Source of the DNA: Phycisphaera sp.
Lineage (GTDB): Bacteria > Planctomycetota > Phycisphaerae > Phycisphaerales > Zrk34
Assembly (NCBI GenBank): GCA_016125285.1
Contig: WGMA01000016.1
Location: forward strand, 1-64,000
Length of the DNA: 64,000 nucleotides
Direction of reading: 5' to 3'
The notes under the pieces are model-generated. The model searched no databases. It was not told the DNA's origin and was given only the letters and a program-made list of their open reading frames with translations. The position numbers were made by a program, and so were the translations under genes. This document shows, in pieces, positions 1 to 7,954 of this stretch (within the stretch, counting starts at the first letter, position 1; each line of letters opens with the position of its first letter).

Positions 1-159
1 TCCAGCGCGGTTGGTCTCGACCACCTGCCCGGCTGGGTCCGAACCCTCGATCGCGTGCGACGCTGGATTCACGCCAAGATCCTCATCGCCTTGACCATCA
101 AACAAGGCACCACTTAAGGCAACTATGCAATATCCTGCTTGGAGGGAGAGGGAGTGAAC

Positions 160-1317
160 TCACTGGGCGAGCGCCTTCGCGGCGGCGGCGACGGCTGTGC
201 CCGGGGTGATCTTGACGCCCGCGGCGATGAGCTCGGCCTCGATCGCCATCATCGCCGCCAGCGTGTCGCCGGCGTCGACGTATCCCATGTGGTTCACGCG
301 GAAGATCTTGCCCTTCCACGAGGCGCCGCGGCCGTCCTGTCCGCCGGCGATCGCCATGGCGTGGTTGTCACGCACGGCGCCGCGGAACTTCGAGTCGTCG
401 ATGCCGTCGGGGTAGAAGGCGCCGGTGACCGAATCGCTGGGGCTGGTGGAGCAGAGCTTCAGGCCCATCGCGGTGAACGCGGCGCGTGTGGCGGCGGCGA
501 GCTTGGCGGTGCGGATCCAGATGTTGTCCAGGCCGATCGCCTCCATGGATTTCAGCGCGACGTTCTGTCCGCGGATCAGCGAGACGGGCGGGGTGAACGG
601 CACGTCGTTCTTCTCGTAGCTCTTGAGCCACTTGCGGAGGTCGAGGTTGTAGCAGGGCAGGCCGTCGGTCTGCTCGAGTCGGAGGATGGCGCGGTCGCCG
701 AGTCCGACGAAGCCGAGTCCGGGCGGCAGCATCATGGCCTTCTGCGATCCGGTGACGAGCACGTCGATTCCCCAGGCGTCCATCTCGACGGGCAGGGCGC
801 CGACGGCGGTGATGCCGTCGACGATGAGCAGGGCGTTGGACTGCTGGACGACCTTGGCGATCGCACGGATGTCGCTGTAGGTCGCGGTCGAGGTTTCGGA
901 GGCGACGATACAGACGACGCTGATGTCGGGGTTGTCCTTGAGGGCCTGCTCGATCTGCGCGGGGTCGACGGCGTCGCCCCACGGGACGTTGATCTTGATC
1001 TGCTCGACGCCGTAGGTGTCATAGACGTCCTGCCAGCGCTCGCCGAATTTGCCGCCGGAGATGGTCAGAGCCTTGCGACCGGGCTCGATGAGCGAGATCT
1101 GCGCGGCCTCGAAGGAGGTCGTGCCGGACCCGGCGATCGTCAGGACGGGCGACGACGTGCGGAACAGCTTCTTGAGGCCTTCGCTCATCTCTTTGTAGAT
1201 GGCCTGGAAGGCTTTGGTCCGGTGGTGAATGATGGGCTGAGCCATCTCGAGCAGCACGTCCGGCGGCACGTCGGTGGGCCCCGGGGTCATCACACGCTTC
1301 TTGAACAGCAAAGACAT
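160..1317 (-). CDS. Class V aminotransferase (serine-pyruvate/alanine-glyoxylate aminotransferase family, PLP-dependent)
   Basis: 385-aa ORF. It has the PLP-lysine context 'TGSQKAMM' and a 'GPTDVPPDVL' N-terminus typical of AGXT/SGAT class V aminotransferases. The codon bias is consistent with the rest of the window. Confidence 0.8.
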   Translation of the reverse strand: MSLLFKKRVMTPGPTDVPPDVLLEMAQPIIHHRTKAFQAIYKEMSEGLKKLFRTSSPVLTIAGSGTTSFEAAQISLIEPGRKALTISGGKFGERWQDVYDTYGVEQIKINVPWGDAVDPAQIEQALKDNPDISVVCIVASETSTATYSDIRAIAKVVQQSNALLIVDGITAVGALPVEMDAWGIDVLVTGSQKAMMLPPGLGFVGLGDRAILRLEQTDGLPCYNLDLRKWLKSYEKNDVPFTPPVSLIRGQNVALKSMEAIGLDNIWIRTAKLAAATRAAFTAMGLKLCSTSPSDSVTGAFYPDGIDDSKFRGAVRDNHAMAIAGGQDGRGASWKGKIFRVNHMGYVDAGDTLAAMMAIEAELIAAGVKITPGTAVAAAAKALAQ

Positions 1318-1332
1318 CGTTTGATCCAGTAG

Positions 1333-1367
1333 TCAGGGTTCAGGGTTCAGGGTTCAGGGTTCAGCGT
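1333..1367. repeat. Heptamer tandem repeat (TCAGGGT)x5, last copy degenerate
   Basis: Read directly from the sequence: tcagggt tcagggt tcagggt tcagggt tcagcgt. It lies in the divergent intergenic region between the aminotransferase start and the DUF971-like gene. Confidence 0.9.
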
Positions 1368-1428
1368 GGCGAGCACGCGGATCGGCCATCATAGTGTCCG
1401 TGGCGCGTCGATCAATGGCCGCGTTACA

Positions 1429-1788
1429 ATGCCGGGCATGGACGCCGACCGACCGAAACACGTGGACATCAAGAAGGACCGCGGGCTGACGCTGGAATGG
1501 CCCGACGGGTCGAGCAGCTTTTTTCCGGTGGCGTTCCTGCGCAAGCACAGTCCGTCGGCGGAGATGAAGAACCTGCGGGAGGAGATGGCGCGGAATCCCT
1601 TGACGGTGCTCCCGGCCTCGGCGGTGCACGACGGGCCGCTGACGATCACCGACGCCGAGCTGGTGGGTAACTACGCGATCCGGTTCCAGTTCTCCGACGG
1701 CCACGGCACGGGCATCTACTCGTGGGAGTACCTGCGGGAGATCGATCCGCACGAGCCGGGCGGCGGCGGGCCGAGCGGCGGGGCGTGA
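1429..1788 (+). CDS. DUF971-like protein (gamma-butyrobetaine hydroxylase-like N-terminal domain family)
   Basis: The motif 'LTLEWPDGSSSFFPVAFLRKHSPSAE' matches the DUF971 signature. The ATG at 1429 is in frame with the track ORF 1366..1788, whose N-terminal extension is probably spurious. Confidence 0.6.
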   Translation: MPGMDADRPKHVDIKKDRGLTLEWPDGSSSFFPVAFLRKHSPSAEMKNLREEMARNPLTVLPASAVHDGPLTITDAELVGNYAIRFQFSDGHGTGIYSWEYLREIDPHEPGGGGPSGGA

Positions 1789-1791
1789 TGA

Positions 1792-1913
1792 GGGAATTGC
1801 AAATTGCAGATTGGTCATTGCAAATTGCAAAGTGTCGGAGGGCCGCAGCCGTACGTTTGATCGCCGCCTCCAATGACCAATTTGAAATGTTCAATTTTCA
1901 ATTTGCAATTCCC
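1792..1913. repeat. AT-rich TTGCAA-rich inverted-repeat element, copy A (~45-nt arms around a GC-rich spacer)
   Basis: The left arm is gggaattgcaaattgcagattggtcattgcaaattgcaaag. The right arm, reverse-complemented, is gggaattgcaaattgaaaattgaacatttcaaattggtcattg. The termini GGGAATTGCAAA...TTTGCAATTCCC form a terminal inverted repeat. Confidence 0.85.
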
Positions 1914-1944
1914 TCGTGACTCGCGAGAGAGGTATGATCTCCCG

Positions 1945-2214
1945 ATGCCGACGATCGGGTTTACCGCCAACGTTGCGAAGTATGTCGACGTGTCGCCGCC
2001 GCGGCTGACGGGCGACACGGTGCGCGCGGCGCTGGAGGATCTGTTCGCGATCAACCCGAAGCTGCGCAGCTACGTGCTGGACGACCAGGGCGCGGTGCGC
2101 ACGCACGTGGTGGTGTTCGTCAACGGTGAAGCGATCGCGGACCGGGCGACGCTGAGCGAAGCGGTGAAGGACGATGACGAAATCTTCATCGCGCAGGCGC
2201 TGAGCGGGGGATAA
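1945..2214 (+). CDS. MoaD/ThiS-family sulfur-carrier-like protein (C-terminal Gly-Gly)
   Basis: 89 aa ending in ...AQALSGG followed by a stop. It has the MoaD/ThiS size and a beta-grasp-like hydrophobic pattern. The track ORF 1873 start lies inside repeat element A, so the ATG at 1945 is preferred. Confidence 0.6.
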   Translation: MPTIGFTANVAKYVDVSPPRLTGDTVRAALEDLFAINPKLRSYVLDDQGAVRTHVVVFVNGEAIADRATLSEAVKDDDEIFIAQALSGG

Positions 2215-2322
2215 GGAAATGCAAATTGAAAAATGCAAAATGCAAAATGCAAAATGTGCGCCCAGGTGCGGCGCGCATCCATTTTGCGATTTGCAATTCT
2301 CATTTTGCAATCTGCAATTTCC
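2215..2322. repeat. AT-rich TTGCAA/ATGCAA-rich inverted-repeat element, copy B
   Basis: The arms are ggaaatgcaaattgaaaaatgcaaaatgcaaaatgcaaaatgtg and cattttgcgatttgcaattctcattttgcaatctgcaatttcc, around the GC spacer gcgcccaggtgcggcgcgc. The termini GGAAATGCA...TGCAATTTCC are inverted. Confidence 0.85.
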
Positions 2323-2343
2323 TCTTCAACGCGGAGTGTTCAC

Positions 2344-3435
2344 ATGATCCTCGTCGGCACCAGAAAGGGTTTGTTCTTCGTCGAAGACGGTCGCATCGCG
2401 TCGGTGCATTTTCCCGGCGTGCAGGTTCCGATGGTGCTGCGTGACCCGCGTGACGGGGCGATCTACGCGGCGCTGGATCACGGGCACTTCGGCGGCAAGC
2501 TGCACCGCAGTGACGACGAGGGCAAGACGTGGGAGGAGCTGACGCCGCCGACGTTTCCGCCGAAGCCGGACGACGTGGAGGACATCTATTGTCCGATGCG
2601 CAAGATCGTGATCCCGTGGTCGCTGAAGCTGACGTGGGAGCTGACGCCTGGCGGCGCGGACGAGCCGGGCGTGTTGTGGGCGGGCGTGATCCCGAGCGCG
2701 GTGTTCAAGTCGACCGACCGCGGCGCGACGTGGGAGTTGAATCGACCGCTGTGGGATCAGCCCGGGCGCGCGAAGTGGATGGGCGGCGGGTTCGACTACC
2801 CCGGCGTGCACTCGATCGCGGTCGATCCGGCGGACTCGAAGCACGTGACGATCGCGATCAGCAGCGGCGGCGTGTGGCAGACACGCGACGGCGGGGCGAC
2901 GTGGGCCGCGACGTCGACCGGCATGCACAACAGCTATTCGCCGCCCGGGCAGGAGGGCGAGCCCGAGGGGCAGGACCCGCACCGCATGGTCGTGTGCCCC
3001 GGCGATCCGAAGCGGGCGTGGGTGCAGCATCACTGCGGCATGTATCGCAGCGACGACGGGTGCGACACGTGGGTGGAGCTGAAGGACGTCGAGCCGTCGA
3101 CGTTCGGGTTCGCGGTGGCGGTGCACCCGACGGACGGCGACACGGCGTGGTTCGCGCCGGCGAAGAGCGACATGGAGCGCATGGCTGCGGACGCGCGGGT
3201 GGTGGTGGTCCGCACGCGCGACGGCGGCAAGTCGTTTGAGACGCTGACGAACGGCCTGCCGCAGGAGCACGCGTACGACCTGATCTTCCGGCACTGCCTC
3301 GACGTCGACTCGACCGGCGACCGGCTGGCGATGGGCTCGACGACCGGTTCACTGTGGACGAGCGACGACGGGGGCGACTCGTGGGCGACGGTGTCGGAGC
3401 ATCTGCCGCCGGTGTATTGCGTCAGATTTGGGTGA
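2344..3435 (+). CDS. BNR/Asp-box repeat beta-propeller protein (sialidase-like / xyloglucanase-like fold)
   Basis: Repeated S-x-D-x-G-x-T-W motifs are present: 'SDDEGKTW', 'STDRGATW', 'TRDGGATW', 'SDDGCDTW', 'TRDGGKSF', 'SDDGGDSW'. The ATG at 2344 is preferred over the track start 2233, which lies in repeat element B. Confidence 0.75.
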   Translation: MILVGTRKGLFFVEDGRIASVHFPGVQVPMVLRDPRDGAIYAALDHGHFGGKLHRSDDEGKTWEELTPPTFPPKPDDVEDIYCPMRKIVIPWSLKLTWELTPGGADEPGVLWAGVIPSAVFKSTDRGATWELNRPLWDQPGRAKWMGGGFDYPGVHSIAVDPADSKHVTIAISSGGVWQTRDGGATWAATSTGMHNSYSPPGQEGEPEGQDPHRMVVCPGDPKRAWVQHHCGMYRSDDGCDTWVELKDVEPSTFGFAVAVHPTDGDTAWFAPAKSDMERMAADARVVVVRTRDGGKSFETLTNGLPQEHAYDLIFRHCLDVDSTGDRLAMGSTTGSLWTSDDGGDSWATVSEHLPPVYCVRFG

Positions 3436-3453
3436 TAGCGGGCGCGTCGAGTA

Positions 3454-3591
3454 GGAACTGCAAATTGAAATTGCAGATTGGTCATTGCAAATTGCAAAGT
3501 GCCTGAAGCCTGCGGCTGCGATCGCAGTGGTGAACCTTATCGCTGGCACAATGATCCGTTTGCAATGCTCAATGATCAATTTGCAATTCCC
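3454..3591. repeat. AT-rich TTGCAA-rich inverted-repeat element, copy C
   Basis: The arm ctgcaaattgaaattgcagattggtcattgcaaattgcaaagtg is followed by the inverted arm gtttgcaatgctcaatgatcaatttgcaattccc. The attggtcattgcaaattgcaaag core is shared with copy A. Confidence 0.85.
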
Positions 3592-3621
3592 ATCTGGCGA
3601 CCGTGATACAATCCACGCACC

Positions 3622-5031
3622 ATGAAGGAATGGATCCCGCGCATCGTGGTGCTGGTGCTGTTCGTGGCCGTGGTCGGGCTGCCGGTGTTGTGGCGTCCGG
3701 CTGAGGCGAAGACGGACGCAGATGCGGCGCTGAAGCTCGTGGTGATCACGCCGCACAACGAGCAGATCCGGTTCGAGATCGGGCGGGCGTTCAGCAAGTG
3801 GCACGAGGCGAAGTACGGCGAGGCGGTCGACATCGACTGGCGTGCGATCGGCGGCACGAGCGACATCGAGCGCGTGCTGCTCAGCGAGTACGCGTCGCTG
3901 GCCGAGCAGGGCAAGCTCGAGGACGGCGCGGGGTACGACGTGGTGTTCGGCGGGGGCGACTACTCGTTCGACTTCAAGCTCAAGCCCGGCGTGCAGTGGA
4001 ATGGCAAGATGGAGAGCGTGCTCGAGCCGCTGGACCTCGACGACGCGTTCATCAAAGAGGTGTACCCCGAGCCGACGATCGCGGGCAACAAGCTGTACGA
4101 CCCGGAGCACTACTGGTGGGGTGTGGTGCTGTCGAGCTTCGGCATCGTGTACAACCGCGACGTGCTGAGGCTGCGCGGCGTGCCCGAGCCGAAGACGTGG
4201 GAAGACCTCGGCGACCCGAAGCTCGCGGGGTGGATCGCGCTGGCGGACCCCGAGCACTCGGGCTCGGTGAAGGTGACGTACAACGCGATCGTGCAGAACT
4301 ACGGCTACGAGCGCGGGTGGGCGACGCTGCGACGCGCGTGCGCCAACGCGCGGTACTTCTCCAACAGCAGCTCGAAGGTGCCGCTCGACGTCTCGGCGGG
4401 CGAGGCGGCGGCGGGCATGTGCATCGATTTCTACGGGCGATACCAGGCGAACGTCGTCGGCGCGGACCGCGTGGGCTTCGTCGCGCCGGCGGGGCAGACG
4501 GTGGTGACCGCGGACCCCGTCGCCGTGCTGCGCGGCTGCCAGCGCCCCCAGCTCGCCGAGCGGTTCGTGCGGTGGCTGCTGAGCACCGAGGGGCAGCTGC
4601 TGTGGAACGTGCCGGTCGGCCACGCGGCGGGGCCGGAGAAGTTCGGCCTGCGACGCATGCCCATCCGGCGCGACGTGTACAAGCCGTACCTCGGCGAGAT
4701 GATCGACCGGGTCGACCCCTTCGAGATCGCCAGCCCGCTGCCGGCCGGCACGCCGAGCTACTTCAGCGTGATCGGCCCGGTGATGCACGCGATGGCGATC
4801 GACATCCACGACGACCTGCGCGACGCGTGGCGGACGATCAACCAGACGACCGACGAAGCGCAACGCGCCGAGATGCTCAAGCTGTTCGACGCGATGCCGC
4901 TGACGAGCGACGAGCTGCTCGCCCGCAAGGCGGAGTGGAAGAAGAACCCGGACACGCAGATCGCCGACCGCCTGGCGTGGACGACGTTCTACCGGGACAA
5001 CTACCGGCGCATCGTTGAGATGGGACGCTGA
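3622..5031 (+). CDS. ABC transporter substrate-binding protein (extracellular solute-binding family 1, Fe3+/polyamine-like), orphan
   Basis: 469 aa with an N-terminal signal/TM helix. The overall SBP family 1 pattern includes 'GW...ADPEHSGS' and 'W...G'. No permease or ATPase gene is adjacent. Confidence 0.65.
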   Translation: MKEWIPRIVVLVLFVAVVGLPVLWRPAEAKTDADAALKLVVITPHNEQIRFEIGRAFSKWHEAKYGEAVDIDWRAIGGTSDIERVLLSEYASLAEQGKLEDGAGYDVVFGGGDYSFDFKLKPGVQWNGKMESVLEPLDLDDAFIKEVYPEPTIAGNKLYDPEHYWWGVVLSSFGIVYNRDVLRLRGVPEPKTWEDLGDPKLAGWIALADPEHSGSVKVTYNAIVQNYGYERGWATLRRACANARYFSNSSSKVPLDVSAGEAAAGMCIDFYGRYQANVVGADRVGFVAPAGQTVVTADPVAVLRGCQRPQLAERFVRWLLSTEGQLLWNVPVGHAAGPEKFGLRRMPIRRDVYKPYLGEMIDRVDPFEIASPLPAGTPSYFSVIGPVMHAMAIDIHDDLRDAWRTINQTTDEAQRAEMLKLFDAMPLTSDELLARKAEWKKNPDTQIADRLAWTTFYRDNYRRIVEMGR

Positions 5032-5063
5032 CGGCGCGACCCGCCGAAGCGGGTCGCACCGGG

Positions 5064-6137
5064 TTACGCCACGAGTTCTTCGGGGCGGTACTGCTCGAAC
5101 ATCTTCTTGTCCTGGGCCTTCATGTACGCGGCTTCGCCGGAGATGGTGCCGGCCTTGATGAGTTTCATCAGGCCCTGGTCCATCGTCTGCATGCCGTCAC
5201 GCGAGCCCATTTCGATCATCGACACGATCTTGGAGATGGCGCCGTCGCGGATCATCTGCGACATGCCTTCCTTGCGGACGAGGATCTCCTGGCAGGCGAC
5301 GCGGCCCTTGCCGTCGGCCTTGCGGAGCAGCTGCTGCGAGAAGATCGCGCGGACCGACTCGCTGAGCATCGTCCGGATCATGGGCTGCCGGCCGGAGGGG
5401 AACACGTCGATGATGCGGTCGATGGTCTTCGCGGCGGAGTTGGTGTGCAGCGTGCCGAACACGAGCAGGCCGAGCTCCGCGGCGGTCAGCGCGAGCGAGA
5501 TGGTCTCGAGGTCGCGCATCTCGCCGACGAGGATGACGTCGGGGTCTTCGCGGACGGCGGCGCGGAGGGCCTCGGCGAAGCCGTCGGTGTGCTGGCCGAC
5601 CTCGCGCTGCGTGATGACGGACTGCTGGTTCTCGTGCACGAATTCGATCGGGTCTTCGATGGTCACCACGTGCTTGGAGTATTCCTTGTTGACCTTGTCG
5701 ATGATGGCGGCGAGGGTCGTGGACTTGCCCGAGCCGGTCGGCCCGGTGACGAGGCAGAGGCCGGAGCGGTAGTGCGCGGCGTCGGCGATGGCGTCGGGCA
5801 GGCCGAGGTCCTGGCAGGTGAGGATCTTGTCGGGGATCTGACGGAAGACGGCGCCGTAGCCATGGACCTGCTTGAGGTAGTTGCAGCGGAAACGGGCGAC
5901 GCCCTCGAGGCCGTACGCGAAGTCGAGGTCGCCGGTCTTCTCGTACCGTTCCCAGAGGACCGGCTCGCAGATCTCGACGAGGTACGTGCGCAGCATGTCG
6001 CGCGTGAGGATGGGGTGTCCCTCGATGGGGTGCAGCTCGCCGTGCACGCGGACCTTGGCCGGCTGGCTCTGCAGCAGGTGCAGATCGCTGGCGCCGTTGG
6101 CTTTGACGTATCGGAACAGTTCGTCGATCTTGGCCAT
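5064..6137 (-). CDS. pilT: Type IV pilus retraction ATPase PilT
   Basis: 357 aa with Walker A 'GPTGSGKSTT'. It has the 'DPIEF' Asp box, 'ILVGEMRDLETI' Walker B and 'GTLHTNSAAKTIDRI' His box. The size and absence of an N-terminal domain fit PilT. Confidence 0.9.
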   Translation of the reverse strand: MAKIDELFRYVKANGASDLHLLQSQPAKVRVHGELHPIEGHPILTRDMLRTYLVEICEPVLWERYEKTGDLDFAYGLEGVARFRCNYLKQVHGYGAVFRQIPDKILTCQDLGLPDAIADAAHYRSGLCLVTGPTGSGKSTTLAAIIDKVNKEYSKHVVTIEDPIEFVHENQQSVITQREVGQHTDGFAEALRAAVREDPDVILVGEMRDLETISLALTAAELGLLVFGTLHTNSAAKTIDRIIDVFPSGRQPMIRTMLSESVRAIFSQQLLRKADGKGRVACQEILVRKEGMSQMIRDGAISKIVSMIEMGSRDGMQTMDQGLMKLIKAGTISGEAAYMKAQDKKMFEQYRPEELVA

Positions 6138-6176
6138 AGTGTTTGCCTCTCGGGTCTAAGCGAGCGGTCGGGTGCC

Positions 6177-7829
6177 TTACTTGAATCGTCTGGGGTCCTC
6201 GGCGACCTTGATCGCCTCTTCCTTGTTGATCGTACCGCTCTGGACCAGCTCGTCGAGCGATTCGTCCATCAGCTTCTGGCCGACCTTGCGTCCGGTCTGC
6301 ATGACCGAAGGCAGCTGATAGGTCTTGGAGTCGCGGATCAGGTTGGCCACGGCGGTGGTGACGTAGAGGGTCTCGAGCGAGGCGACACGGCCGGAGCGGT
6401 CGTTCTTGCGCACGAGCTGCTGCGTGATGATGCCGCGGAGCGACCCGGCGAGCATCGTGCGGACCTGGGCCTGCTGGTCGGCGGGGAACACGTCGACGAT
6501 GCGGTCGATGGTGCGCGCCGCGGACTTGGTGTGCAGCGTGCCGATGACGAGGTGGCCCGTTTCGGCGGCGGTCATCGCGAGGCTGATGGTCTCCAGGTCG
6601 CGCATCTCGCCGATCATGATCACGTCGGGGTCCTCACGCAGCGCGGCCTTGAGCGCGGCGGAGAACGACTCGGTGTGCGGGTGCACCTGACGCTGCGTGA
6701 CGTTGCAGCTTTTCGACGGGTGCAGGTATTCGATGGGGTCCTCGACGGTGATGACGTGGTCCATGCGGTTTTCGTTGACGCAGTTGACCAGCGCCGCGGC
6801 GGTGGTGGACTTGCCACAGCCCGCGGGACCGGTCACGAGCACCAGCCCCTGCGACCACTCGGTCAGCGCCTCGAGGCTGTCGGGCATGCCGAGCTGCTGG
6901 AGGGTCGGGACCACGGACGGGATGATGCGGAGGATGATCGACGGGCCGCGGAACTGCATCAGCGCGTTGGCGCGGAATCGGCTGAGGTGGGGGTGTTCCC
7001 ACGACAGGTCGAGGTCGCGGTGCTCGGTGAAGATCTCGCGCTGCTCGTCGTCGAGGAAGCCCATGACCATGCGTTCGGCCATCTCGAAGGTGATGGGCGG
7101 TTCGTCGAAGAAGTGCAGCTCGCCGTGCAGCCGACAGAACGGTCGCGACCCGGCGGTGAGGTGCAGGTCGCTGGCGCCCATCCGGCAGGCCGTGTAGAGG
7201 AAACGCCACGCGTCGTCGTCGAGCCGGGGATCGTCGTCGGGCTTGGGCGGGACGTCGATCTTCGCGCCCGGCGCGGCGGGCTGCGCGCCCGGTCGGGGCG
7301 GCGCCGGCCGGTTCGGCGGCGGCGGTGGCGACGCGGCGGGGGGCGCGGCTTCCTCGAAGGAGAACTGCTTTTCCTCGACGGGCTCGGGCGGCGCCGGGGG
7401 GCGCGCCGCCTCGGCGGGATCGGTCGCGGGCACGACGTCGCCGAACAGCGCCGCGACGCGCTGGCCCACCTTCGCGACGACCGCGTCGTCGAGGAAGCCC
7501 TTGCGCTTGAGGATCCTGCGGATCGGCATGCGCCCGCCGGACTTCTCGAACTCCGAGAAGCACTCCTTCCACTGCTCGGGGGTGAGCAGCTTGTTGAGCG
7601 TCAGCAGGTTCTTCCACACGCGTGTCTCGACGATGACGCGCATGAGCGGGATCTTCTTCGGCGGGACCAGCCCGCTGGTCATCAGCATCGTCTGGAAGGG
7701 GATGCGGCCCTGCTGTTCCTTGAACTTGCCGACGACCTCGGCCCACTGCTCCTCGGTCATCAGGTTGTTCTGCATCACGACCTGATACCAGATCTGCAGG
7801 ACGATCTCGGTGCCTTGGGAGTCGCTCAC
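6177..7829 (-). CDS. PilT-family ATPase with N-terminal duplicated GspE_N/MshEN-like domains and a Pro-rich linker
   Basis: The C-terminal 350 aa are PilT-like: 'GPAGCGKSTT', 'IMIGEMRDLETI', 'GTLHTKSAARTIDRI'. The N-terminus carries two ~40-aa repeats, 'LMTEEQWAEVVGKFKEQQGRIPFQTMLMTSGLV' and 'LTPEQWKECFSEFEKSGGRMPIRRILKRKGFL', resembling T2SSE_N/MshEN helical units. Confidence 0.85.
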   Translation of the reverse strand: MSDSQGTEIVLQIWYQVVMQNNLMTEEQWAEVVGKFKEQQGRIPFQTMLMTSGLVPPKKIPLMRVIVETRVWKNLLTLNKLLTPEQWKECFSEFEKSGGRMPIRRILKRKGFLDDAVVAKVGQRVAALFGDVVPATDPAEAARPPAPPEPVEEKQFSFEEAAPPAASPPPPPNRPAPPRPGAQPAAPGAKIDVPPKPDDDPRLDDDAWRFLYTACRMGASDLHLTAGSRPFCRLHGELHFFDEPPITFEMAERMVMGFLDDEQREIFTEHRDLDLSWEHPHLSRFRANALMQFRGPSIILRIIPSVVPTLQQLGMPDSLEALTEWSQGLVLVTGPAGCGKSTTAAALVNCVNENRMDHVITVEDPIEYLHPSKSCNVTQRQVHPHTESFSAALKAALREDPDVIMIGEMRDLETISLAMTAAETGHLVIGTLHTKSAARTIDRIVDVFPADQQAQVRTMLAGSLRGIITQQLVRKNDRSGRVASLETLYVTTAVANLIRDSKTYQLPSVMQTGRKVGQKLMDESLDELVQSGTINKEEAIKVAEDPRRFK

Positions 7830-7954
7830 GACGGCGCCCTCCCGTCGCGACGACGCTCACGCCGAGCCGCGACCGGACCGGTCGGGGGTGTCCGCCGGCG
7901 ACCGTGACTCAAACGCATGGGTGTCGGGTCGTCCATCGTGGGTGCGCGTCCGTG

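Noticed and set aside
139-1332. 397-aa + strand ORF overlapping the aminotransferase gene
   Set aside because: It is an antisense shadow ORF typical of 70% GC DNA. Its translation is Gly/Arg/Asp-rich low-complexity with no motifs, whereas the minus-strand frame encodes a clean class V aminotransferase.
1333-1367. Telomere-like reading of the TCAGGGT heptamer
   Set aside because: The tract is internal and only five copies long, with genes on both sides. Nothing indicates a linear replicon end.
1873-1944. N-terminal extensions of track ORFs 1873..2214 and 2233..3435
   Set aside because: The extended N-termini are translated from the AT-rich TTGCAA repeat arms (for example MTNLKCSIFNLQF, MQNAKCKMCAQ). 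The internal ATGs at 1945 and 2344, which precede the conserved domains, are more plausible starts.
5445-7907. 820-aa + strand ORF spanning the pilT paralogs
   Set aside because: It is an antisense artefact. Its composition is dominated by G/A/R/D/L with no domain signatures, and the opposite strand carries PilT Walker/His-box motifs.
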